A program made the position numbers and the translations under genes. A DNA stretch of 32,000 nt from Pseudomonas phage 201phi2-1. Under the pieces are notes generated by a model. That model was not told the DNA's origin and searched no databases. It saw only the letters and a list, made by a program, of their open reading frames with translations. Below are positions 18,947-26,231 of the stretch, in pieces; within the stretch, counting starts at the first letter, position 1, and each line of letters begins with the position of its first letter. The stretch lies in sequence record NC_010821.1, one strand, 5' to 3'.

Positions 18947-18973
18947 AAGCTAGCTCCCTTCGGGGAGCAGCTT
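18947..18973 (+). terminator. Terminator hairpin with UUCG loop
   Basis: AAGCT-a-GCTCCC-TTCG-GGGAGC-AGCTT, then TCTTATTTTCTTTTTTG. Confidence 0.8.
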
Positions 18974-18987
18974 TCTTATTTTCTTTT

Positions 18988-19018
18988 TTGTTAAATTATA
19001 CTTGGTGCATGATATTAT
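18988..19018 (+). promoter_or_regulatory. Putative sigma70-like extended -10 promoter for the ncRNA
   Basis: TTGTTA ... TGa-TATTAT, 19-nt spacer, extended -10 TG present. Confidence 0.45.
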
Positions 19019-19023
19019 AGTCA

Positions 19024-19200
19024 TGAAGGCAGTCCGTGCAAAAACGCACTGCATACGAGGGGGTGATCCAGCCATAGGTGACCTGGTACGATAAAGCATC
19101 GGCGAGAGCTAACGCGAGTACCTAACTACGAGCCTTGTGACTATCGTTGGCACTATTCTAACCGACGGGTATCGAGCCAGCCTTCGGGTTGGCTTTATGC
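19024..19200 (+). ncRNA. Candidate novel structured phage small RNA
   Basis: No plus-strand ORF starts or runs through here. The locus is bounded by a promoter-like element and its own terminator. Internal helices: AAGGC/GCCTT (19026-19030/19132-19136), GTGC/GCAC (19036/19046), GGTAC/GTACC (19085-19089/19118-19122), CGTTGG/CCGACG (19145-19150/19162-19167). Confidence 0.5.
19176..19193 (+). terminator. Terminator hairpin with UUCG loop
   Basis: GCCAGCC-TTCG-GGTTGGC then TTTATGCC; no coding gene immediately precedes it. Confidence 0.75.
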
Positions 19201-19265
19201 CGTTAAACAATACTGAGGTAGACATAATCTGTAGGTAATGTTGCCTACTTAACCGAGTAAATAAC

Positions 19266-19991
19266 ATGACTAATGTTGCTACAATTAATAGTCTGATCAA
19301 GACTACAATACAAGCAGTGTTTGACGCAGCGCCAGAACCAGTGTTTAATCCAAGTAGTGTCGAGTATCTGATGGATCGACGAACCACTGGCTTCACCGTA
19401 CCTAAAGATCTCGTTGATTACACACTGTTTAAAGAAGAACTAGTAAACCCCAGTATCAAGGCAATCGTGGTTGTACCTAACCTAGACGACTGGGCTACCA
19501 TTCGAGATACCTTCACCCACGGCCTTGGTCAAGATCCTAAGTTCCGTGTTTATGATACAGAAGGTCAAGTCATCGATGCTTACAACTTCGGTAGTAAGTC
19601 TCACCTCAAATTAGCTAAGTTGTTGAAGATCGATCCAGAGCTTAAAGAGATCGTAAAAACTTCACACATTACTTTTGTAGCTAACGGTGAAGAACGTGAG
19701 GTACCGAGAGGCTTTGTGTTTGAATACCACGCCGAGCGGAATGGGTTCATCATCAAACAAGTGTTGGCTAGGTATCTTGGTCAGGTTAGGATGGTAAATG
19801 AAATCGTCTCTAACATTAATAACGATACACCTGCAATAGCAACCTTGAAAAAGGATGATCCACGTGAGCCACTTGATTTGGTAGTGGTCTATAATTCACG
19901 TAAGTTCTTTGATAAGGTACGTATCAATAAGTTTTACACGTGGTTGTCTACTCAGGCCCATGGTAAGACAAAGATCGTTTTTATCAACTGA
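19266..19991 (+). CDS. Hypothetical phage protein (241 aa)
   Basis: Complete ORF, followed by a terminator. Confidence 0.7.
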   Translation: MTNVATINSLIKTTIQAVFDAAPEPVFNPSSVEYLMDRRTTGFTVPKDLVDYTLFKEELVNPSIKAIVVVPNLDDWATIRDTFTHGLGQDPKFRVYDTEGQVIDAYNFGSKSHLKLAKLLKIDPELKEIVKTSHITFVANGEEREVPRGFVFEYHAERNGFIIKQVLARYLGQVRMVNEIVSNINNDTPAIATLKKDDPREPLDLVVVYNSRKFFDKVRINKFYTWLSTQAHGKTKIVFIN

Positions 19992-19998
19992 GTTATTA

Positions 19999-20021
19999 AA
20001 GCCTGAGCATTGCTCAGGCTT
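19999..20021 (+). terminator. Terminator hairpin
   Basis: AAGCCTGAGC-ATT-GCTCAGGCTT then TATACC. Confidence 0.8.
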
Positions 20022-20045
20022 TATACCGCCAATACAAATAATCTC

Positions 20046-20069
20046 AGATTTATATTACTAGAGTGTATT
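20046..20069 (+). promoter_or_regulatory. Putative phage early-type promoter
   Basis: AGATTTATATTACT-N4-TGTATT, 37 nt (from TATATTAC) upstream of ATG 20088. Same 14-mer and spacing as 3835-3858. Confidence 0.6.
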
Positions 20070-20087
20070 TAAATTGGAGCCTTAAGT

Positions 20088-20552
20088 ATGACTAGCAGTA
20101 AAAAGGAAACACGCCTCTCAGATTGGGGTTTCATCATTGTAATGGTTATCATGTCATGCTGGTCTACCTATGTCTGGCAAAATAACGAATACATGAGATA
20201 TCGTGATGTACCCGTTACCTACATCGACCGTCATGAAACTCGAAGCTGTCATAAAGGTAGTTGTAAAGATAACCTAATTGGTTTATTCAAGACCGATGAC
20301 GGTGTATTCTTTGAACGTTACATCGGGCTGTATACGTACCAACAAATGCATCTGGGTGAAAAGTTTGAACTGAACCTTCGCCAGATGGATATCAAACAAA
20401 CCGAACGGGATAACATCCTCTGGCTGTTTGGTCCGATTTTAGTTTATGCTGTGACATTCATCATGTGGGTTTTATTCATCTTTGCAAATATCCTCGAGCT
20501 AATCGAGCGAAATAAATCTAAGAAGGCCAAACAAAATGCAAATCACCGGTAA
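20088..20552 (+). CDS. Hypothetical two-TM membrane protein (154 aa)
   Basis: TM segments WGFIIVMVIMSCWSTYVW and ILWLFGPILVYAVTFIMWVLFIFANILELI flank a domain with CHKGSC. Confidence 0.7.
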   Translation: MTSSKKETRLSDWGFIIVMVIMSCWSTYVWQNNEYMRYRDVPVTYIDRHETRSCHKGSCKDNLIGLFKTDDGVFFERYIGLYTYQQMHLGEKFELNLRQMDIKQTERDNILWLFGPILVYAVTFIMWVLFIFANILELIERNKSKKAKQNANHR

Positions 20553-20883
20553 ACTGGATGTAGATTTCCTTAACCTCGGTTACGATCGTAGCATTAATGA
20601 AAACCTTAGTGGTGAGGAATACCTACGGGTTGATCGTTGCTGGAATATTTACTACCATGGGTTTATGGATGAGTTTGATGACATCGCTTACGTGAAAGGT
20701 AATGTATCAATCGAACCCGGTATCTACGAAGTGGTTACCTATGGTATTCCAGCTATTTTATTCTTGTGGCGCTTTACCCATGACCACCATCGTGACCTGA
20801 AAGGACTGATTGTTAAAGTGGGTGACGACGATATGATGAAAGACGCTTATCAGAAGTGGTTTAACCACGAATACTTTATCTGA
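20536..20883 (+). CDS. Hypothetical phage protein (115 aa)
   Basis: Complete ORF, 17-nt overlap with the upstream gene. Confidence 0.65.
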   Translation: MQITGKLDVDFLNLGYDRSINENLSGEEYLRVDRCWNIYYHGFMDEFDDIAYVKGNVSIEPGIYEVVTYGIPAILFLWRFTHDHHRDLKGLIVKVGDDDMMKDAYQKWFNHEYFI

Positions 20884-20891
20884 GGTTAGTT

Positions 20892-21290
20892 ATGTCTATT
20901 GAAAACACCGCACTGAGTGACCGTGGTTTTAAAGGTGGTAAGTTCACTGACCGTTACGGTGAGGAATGCTCTATCCAGGAATCATCCATTTGCGCAGTTG
21001 AAGGTGATGGCGAAGGCTGGTGTATTTGGCTCGGTGTAGATAAGCCTAAATGTACTCAACTCATACCCGGTCAAGGTTGGACCGATGTACCCATCCCGGA
21101 AGACGCACTCCATTCTGGACGCATGCATTTGTCTCAACGTCAAGTAGGTGAGTTGATCCCACATCTGCAATACTTCGTTGAAACTGGTTATCTACCAACT
21201 CCCGAACAACACGATGAGTTCGTTAAGCATCTTGATGACAATCGCGTTCAAGACATTATTAATGATTTCTTTTCAGAGGTATCTAACTAA
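20892..21290 (+). CDS. Conserved phage protein of unknown function (132 aa)
   Basis: 'FTDRYGEECSIQESSIC...IWLGV...RMHLSQRQVGELIPHLQYFVETG' resembles a motif pattern common in phage hypothetical proteins. Confidence 0.7.
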   Translation: MSIENTALSDRGFKGGKFTDRYGEECSIQESSICAVEGDGEGWCIWLGVDKPKCTQLIPGQGWTDVPIPEDALHSGRMHLSQRQVGELIPHLQYFVETGYLPTPEQHDEFVKHLDDNRVQDIINDFFSEVSN

Positions 21291-21601
21291 TGGAATATTC
21301 GGCACGCATTGATCGTATTAATGTTGTACGCTTTAAACAACTTAAAGGTGGTCGAGTTATCATCCGAAATCACCGTACTCTAAAATGTAATGCACCCATC
21401 ATACCTGATGAAAACGGGGTCGCTAAAGTACGCATTAATACCAGTCAGTTCGAAGTGACTATGTCTGGTACTATGAAAGGTGAAATAATTAACATGACGG
21501 CCACCTCGCCACTGATCGTTAAAACAAAGTTTTTGAAAAAGGGTTTTAAAACTGTGATGGCCTATGGCCTGCGAACTAATAAAACTAACACGGGTCATTG
21601 A
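21290..21601 (+). CDS. Hypothetical phage protein (103 aa)
   Basis: Complete ORF with TAATG overlap. Confidence 0.65.
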   Translation: MEYSARIDRINVVRFKQLKGGRVIIRNHRTLKCNAPIIPDENGVAKVRINTSQFEVTMSGTMKGEIINMTATSPLIVKTKFLKKGFKTVMAYGLRTNKTNTGH

Positions 21602-21605
21602 TAGC

Positions 21606-22007
21606 ATGAAATCTAATTCGGGATTTAGGATTGAAGTCTCTCCAAACACTAAGCTCGGTAAGCGATTGATTAGCCTAAGTGTACACCTACGTAATCGTAG
21701 TGACGCTGTTAGGATCACCCGTAAGATACTTGTGTACGTGAAAGGCCTAGGTGTGGTGGCAGGTAAGTGGACTGTTCGACAGTCTGGCGCAATCAGCTTT
21801 AAAGGTATTACATCGGAATGCGGTGAGATTGAATACATTTATGGTAAACTGACCATCGGTTTGAATCTTAACTCACCGGGTCATCAGGTATGGCTGCCTC
21901 GTGACAAGACAATCCGATTGATGTCGCAGTTGATTGTTACAGCTTTCCCACATGTCAATTACAATTTGACTGAACGTGATCTCAATTCAAAACTAATCAT
22001 TCGTTAA
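21606..22007 (+). CDS. Hypothetical phage protein (133 aa)
   Basis: ATG at 21606 (MKSNSGFRIEVSPNTKLGKRL...) fits the end of the upstream gene. Confidence 0.65.
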   Translation: MKSNSGFRIEVSPNTKLGKRLISLSVHLRNRSDAVRITRKILVYVKGLGVVAGKWTVRQSGAISFKGITSECGEIEYIYGKLTIGLNLNSPGHQVWLPRDKTIRLMSQLIVTAFPHVNYNLTERDLNSKLIIR

Positions 22008-22016
22008 GGAATTACA

Positions 22017-22931
22017 ATGGGCTGCGATATTCATCCAAACTTCGAAAAACGTGTAACTCGTGAAGACGGCACTAAGGTCTGGGAAAAGATCGAGGAACAT
22101 AAATACGAGGGTAATCGTCACTACTTCTTGTTCGGTTGGCTGGCCAACGTTCGTAATGGTTATGGTTTCGCCGGTGGTGATACTGGTGACGGCATTAAAC
22201 CACTGGCTCTCCCGAGAGGTTTGCCTACAGACATTGCCAGTTATGAGCCTGAGCCACCAATCAACGATGACACGAATTGGAACTCACCTGAGTACAAAGT
22301 GTGGGAAGAGTGGTACGAGCGTAATGACTACGGTGATCACTCTCAGAGCTGGTTGACTGGCGAAGAGATCATGAAAGGTCTCGAGGAAGTCGGTGGTACT
22401 CGTAAGCGTGGCGTGTTGTCTCTGGCACAATACACTAATTGGGATCGTAAGAGTCAGCCTGATCGTTGGTGCGGTGCTATCTTTGGTCGTGGGTGCGTGA
22501 CTCTCAGTACTGACCAAGCTAACCGTCTCGACCCTAAGGTAGGTAAATATATCAAAGGTGTAACTGACGACCTAACTCATGTTAGTAAGTCTGGCCGCTG
22601 GGTTAACAAACGCAAGATGATCGAAGTGCGACCAAATCTCGATCGTTGGCACTACATGTACAAGGTTGGTGGCAACTATCCTAAACTAGAAGGTGAGACT
22701 ACTGAGTTCAAACTCGTATGGGACCGTCAGTACAAAATCAAACCCTCTAAAGCCAAACATCTGCGTAAGTTGAATAAGTATGCTGACCGCATTGGTAATA
22801 TCAACGTGGCGTGTCAGTGGACTCTGGACAACAAAGCTGTCCGCGAAGAGTTTGCTTATTTCACCGATGAAGTAAAGCGCCTGATGGACCTCCATGGTGA
22901 GATCCGCATGGTCTTCGGTTTCGATTCTTAA
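22017..22931 (+). CDS. MGCDIH-type conserved phage protein of unknown function (304 aa)
   Basis: N-terminal MGCDIHPNFEKR, a start signature recurrent in phage proteins; AAGGA upstream. Confidence 0.7.
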   Translation: MGCDIHPNFEKRVTREDGTKVWEKIEEHKYEGNRHYFLFGWLANVRNGYGFAGGDTGDGIKPLALPRGLPTDIASYEPEPPINDDTNWNSPEYKVWEEWYERNDYGDHSQSWLTGEEIMKGLEEVGGTRKRGVLSLAQYTNWDRKSQPDRWCGAIFGRGCVTLSTDQANRLDPKVGKYIKGVTDDLTHVSKSGRWVNKRKMIEVRPNLDRWHYMYKVGGNYPKLEGETTEFKLVWDRQYKIKPSKAKHLRKLNKYADRIGNINVACQWTLDNKAVREEFAYFTDEVKRLMDLHGEIRMVFGFDS

Positions 22932-22944
22932 TTAAGAGGTTAGT

Positions 22945-23496
22945 ATGAAAGCTTGGGGTATCGTTCGTTTCATGGGTTCTTTGGCAATGTTGTCCAAAGA
23001 CAATATTACCTTTACCGATGACATCTATAAAGCACGACAGTTTGCTAGCCGTGAAGATGCAATGCTGATAGCGTCTTCTATTAAGACGCCTACTCAGGTT
23101 CAGGAGATGGATTTCCCTGAACCAATCAGGAGTAATTTCCCACCACCTGATTTCTTTGAGTCTGTGCCGGACAGTATGACGGTGAACCAACTCATTGATC
23201 TCCTGCGTTTGGAAGACCTGACTGAATATTTTACCCCAGTGGATAATATTACAGGTGCTCGACAAATGACGGGTAGTGCAATCGCCGATGAGCTGACGGG
23301 TAACATCGTTGGACGCAGGTATCAATTCAGTTTCGCCAAATGCCTGACGGACAGCGCAGCTAACGATCTGGCTGAGATCCTTCAGGCTGATGCAACGTGG
23401 ACTGGCTATCGGTATATCCGTAAACGTGCTGGATTCACCAGTTATGCTGTCCTAACTCTCGTGCGTTCTAACAATCCTATAGGTACTAACAACTAA
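22945..23496 (+). CDS. Hypothetical phage protein (183 aa)
   Basis: Complete ORF. Confidence 0.65.
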   Translation: MKAWGIVRFMGSLAMLSKDNITFTDDIYKARQFASREDAMLIASSIKTPTQVQEMDFPEPIRSNFPPPDFFESVPDSMTVNQLIDLLRLEDLTEYFTPVDNITGARQMTGSAIADELTGNIVGRRYQFSFAKCLTDSAANDLAEILQADATWTGYRYIRKRAGFTSYAVLTLVRSNNPIGTNN

Positions 23497-23508
23497 CAAG
23501 GTATACCA

Positions 23509-23877
23509 ATGGCTATTCCAACCCCAGACTCACTGCTCGATTTAGTAAGAGTAACAGCAGATACCCCAGAAGCTTTTATCGCTAAACTGTCAACCCAAAT
23601 GGCCGATCCAGAATTGGTCAAGAACGGTTACCGTGGCGCAGGGCTATTCAGTTTCTACGTGCCGGGCGCAATGCGGCCTATCGGACATGAAACCGTTCGT
23701 AAGCAACTGAAAGAAGCAGGTTATGATGTACATCAAGTAGAACAGATTGTTGGCTACATGCCACCTAATCTGGTAATCGATTTCCGTAGCGCTGGACCTT
23801 ATGATCCAGATGTAACTGGTCCATCGACTTTCCCTTGGATTCATGTACAGGTTTCCAAGACACCACCAGCATCATGA
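23509..23877 (+). CDS. Hypothetical phage protein (122 aa)
   Basis: Complete ORF, followed by a terminator. Confidence 0.65.
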   Translation: MAIPTPDSLLDLVRVTADTPEAFIAKLSTQMADPELVKNGYRGAGLFSFYVPGAMRPIGHETVRKQLKEAGYDVHQVEQIVGYMPPNLVIDFRSAGPYDPDVTGPSTFPWIHVQVSKTPPAS

Positions 23878-23883
23878 CATAAC

Positions 23884-23903
23884 GCCCTCCCTTCGGGGAG
23901 GGC
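23884..23903 (+). terminator. Terminator hairpin with UUCG loop
   Basis: GCCCTCCC-TTCG-GGGAGGGC then TTATGCC. Confidence 0.8.
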
Positions 23904-23939
23904 TTATGCCTTTCTTTTTTGCTCAACTCAAATTATTTC

Positions 23940-23957
23940 AGATTTATATCATGTATT
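23940..23957 (+). promoter_or_regulatory. Variant of the early-type promoter motif
   Basis: AGATTTATAT-CA-TGTATT, 37 nt (from TATATCAT) upstream of ATG 23982. Shorter internal spacing than the other copies. Confidence 0.4.
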
Positions 23958-23981
23958 CGTAATCAATCAAAGGTAACCATA

Positions 23982-24404
23982 ATGGACATTCAAACTGTAA
24001 CCCCAGAGTTGTTGACTAACGCTGTAGTGAGCTATATCCTCACTGATTGGAGTACTGTTCCTCCAACACCAGATGTTGCCTTAGCCACCATCTTATTCAA
24101 GGATAGTGCTTTCTACGATCTCTACGGAAATCATTGGGATAGCTTTGTCGATCTGCGTAAAGAAGTCAGTAATGCACTCGTTGACCCAGCACACCTTAAA
24201 TTGGAGAACAGCGAGATGGTATTCAATTTAAGTAGTAACGAGGTCAGCCCGGAATCTTTGGGTATTCTTAAGGTATTTCTGACTCAGTGTGGTTGGGACA
24301 GCTTCACTGTACATTGCACTGGATTTGTTAATTTCTTATACCGGGGCACCATGGGCAGCAAATCGTGTTACGAATTCCGTCTAACCAATAAGCGAGCTAA
24401 ATAA
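23982..24404 (+). CDS. Hypothetical phage protein (140 aa)
   Basis: Likely start MDIQTVTPELLTNAV... Track start 23919 would run through the promoter-like motif. Confidence 0.6.
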   Translation: MDIQTVTPELLTNAVVSYILTDWSTVPPTPDVALATILFKDSAFYDLYGNHWDSFVDLRKEVSNALVDPAHLKLENSEMVFNLSSNEVSPESLGILKVFLTQCGWDSFTVHCTGFVNFLYRGTMGSKSCYEFRLTNKRAK

Positions 24405-24877
24405 TGACTTTCCCTAATATTGAACAATCGGGTTATGCTGTAGATGATACAGTTCACCCACATATTACTCAGGACTTCACCGCCGCAATGGTCGATCGAT
24501 TAAATGAAATCGGTCAAAACTATCTCGATCGATATATGAAGCAGTGTTGGATTGAGACACCTGAATTCACTGGATGGCGATGGGATAAATTTAATAACCC
24601 GCGTGTAGTAGCTGGCGTGGCTAATCGTTACGGTAGTATTATCGTGATGGGAGTTCGCCATTACTCGAACATGATGCAGGTTGCCTTGGATGCATTAGGC
24701 GGCGTAGAACTTTTAATTCGATGGGCGGGGGAAGAAAACTGTGAGCAAGGATTCGTGGATCAATATGGTACTTTCTTGGATCGCCAAGAAGCTTGGGTTC
24801 TGGCAGAAGCAGCTGGACAAATCCGTCACCGAGCCAACCTCCCAACCGGCACCCTCTACTCAGAACACCTTTGGTAA
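24404..24877 (+). CDS. Conserved phage protein of unknown function (157 aa)
   Basis: Pattern 'GVRHYSNMM...EQGFVDQYGTFLDRQEAWVLAEAAGQI...GTLYSEHLW' resembles proteins seen in many phages. Confidence 0.7.
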   Translation: MTFPNIEQSGYAVDDTVHPHITQDFTAAMVDRLNEIGQNYLDRYMKQCWIETPEFTGWRWDKFNNPRVVAGVANRYGSIIVMGVRHYSNMMQVALDALGGVELLIRWAGEENCEQGFVDQYGTFLDRQEAWVLAEAAGQIRHRANLPTGTLYSEHLW

Positions 24878-25301
24878 TAAAGCTTACCTTGTATGGGTTG
24901 AAGCAGAAAATTGGTTTAAAACGCCAAGCGCCTTTTGTAGCGATAAAACATTATCGGAAAAATTAATTCGCCATCGCCTGATCGCAGGACGCATTGCCGG
25001 AATAACTGGGCGTTATACTCGACTACATTATAATGAAATTGGTAAGACTGCTACATGGTACGCGGTTTCACCAAAAGCAGTCAGCGGCGTGCGCGTTTTG
25101 ATGGTAACCAATCGTAACGGTAAAGTCTACGCTAGGAACCGAATGTTCGTTTCTTACATAGACCAACTAGAGTACCTGGTTGAAACGTATGGTGGTCAAC
25201 CCGTAACGTTGTATTACTACGATGTAAAGATACCTGTAGAACCCGCTTTCTTTAAACAAACCTTTCTCGATGGAGTATTTCAAAATGTCAAAACCGACTA
25301 A
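24741..25301 (+). CDS. Hypothetical phage protein (up to 186 aa; start uncertain)
   Basis: GTG start preceded by GGGGGAAG gives a 137-nt out-of-frame overlap with the upstream gene. No in-frame ATG close downstream. Confidence 0.5.
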   Translation: MSKDSWINMVLSWIAKKLGFWQKQLDKSVTEPTSQPAPSTQNTFGNKAYLVWVEAENWFKTPSAFCSDKTLSEKLIRHRLIAGRIAGITGRYTRLHYNEIGKTATWYAVSPKAVSGVRVLMVTNRNGKVYARNRMFVSYIDQLEYLVETYGGQPVTLYYYDVKIPVEPAFFKQTFLDGVFQNVKTD

Positions 25302-25719
25302 ATTCAAAGGTAACCAAGCAACATTCAATATTACTTTTGATGGCATTGACCTTACCATCAGCAACGTAATGGTTAAGGAAGTAGATATTGGTTCAGGTAA
25401 TCATTGGGCAATGCTGGAGCGCCGGGGCGATCGTTGGATGCTGCTGACTACCCCAGGCTATTTGATCGAACCACTTGTCGACCAGCAACAAACGCTTGAG
25501 TTTGATCGAACCGATGTAGATCGACCAGTTCTGGTGAATGGTCACATGGAACGTCTTCCAATTACAGTTCACACTGCACTGAATATCAGTGAGTCTAAGT
25601 TGTTCTATTCGATTGACGAGTGTTCTACTGGGACCCGTCTTCAGTACAACAGTAATTTGTTCAATGGGGCTGAACACGATGCCATTAAACACATTGTATT
25701 CGATAAGGTGGTCAAATGA
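25285..25719 (+). CDS. Hypothetical phage protein (144 aa)
   Basis: MSKPTKFKGNQATF...; alternative start at 25270. Confidence 0.65.
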   Translation: MSKPTKFKGNQATFNITFDGIDLTISNVMVKEVDIGSGNHWAMLERRGDRWMLLTTPGYLIEPLVDQQQTLEFDRTDVDRPVLVNGHMERLPITVHTALNISESKLFYSIDECSTGTRLQYNSNLFNGAEHDAIKHIVFDKVVK

Positions 25720-26231
25720 GTAACATGGACCGGATTGCTAAATTCGCTCGTCGATTGGAAACCTCCATCAGCACAGGTGGGTGCCCAATCGATAAACTGT
25801 TTATGACGGCTTGCTTGGTACATTCAAATTACCACATTGTCGAAATGGACCCGGAGGTTAACGCTAAGGTAGTTCAGGCGGACGTGGCCTACAAGTTGGT
25901 CGTGGAAGTTACAATGTGCATTGCACGTCCAGAGCACGAATCTAAGTGGCGCTGGGAACCAAACAAGTACGATAGTGGTGTACTGCTTTTCTATCATTAC
26001 GACTTCGATGCGTTGCTTGCTTATGTAGCCGATTATCTTGAAGCACACCACGATACAATGGTACCAGCGTACATGGTTAATAAGGCCACTGAAACGCGAC
26101 GAGCTTACTTCGTTAAGTGCCTTAAGCACGCTCCAATCGGACGTGTTAAACATATTACCGATGATCCAGATTATCTAAGTGAGTACAAAGTCTATTTTGA
26201 CGAACTAAAAAATCCACTGGAGGAAGACTGA
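25716..26231 (+). CDS. Hypothetical phage protein (171 aa)
   Basis: Complete ORF, ATGA overlap with the previous gene. Confidence 0.7.
   Translation: MSNMDRIAKFARRLETSISTGGCPIDKLFMTACLVHSNYHIVEMDPEVNAKVVQADVAYKLVVEVTMCIARPEHESKWRWEPNKYDSGVLLFYHYDFDALLAYVADYLEAHHDTMVPAYMVNKATETRRAYFVKCLKHAPIGRVKHITDDPDYLSEYKVYFDELKNPLEED

Noticed and set aside
19024-19200. tRNA, tmRNA or RNase P RNA
   Set aside because: No cloverleaf with a standard GGTTCGANTCC T-arm, no tmRNA tRNA-like ends or tag ORF, and none of the RNase P conserved blocks. Kept only as a novel ncRNA candidate.
21380-21838. 152-aa minus-strand ORF
   Set aside because: Antisense to two well-supported coupled plus-strand genes.
22861-23325. 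154-aa minus-strand ORF
   Set aside because: Spans antisense to two plus-strand genes and has low-credibility composition.
24860-24885. Programmed +1 frameshift like RF2 (CTT TGA)
   Set aside because: The A-site codon here is TGG, not a slow stop codon, so a classic RF2-type signal is absent. Recorded as an overlap anomaly rather than a called frameshift.
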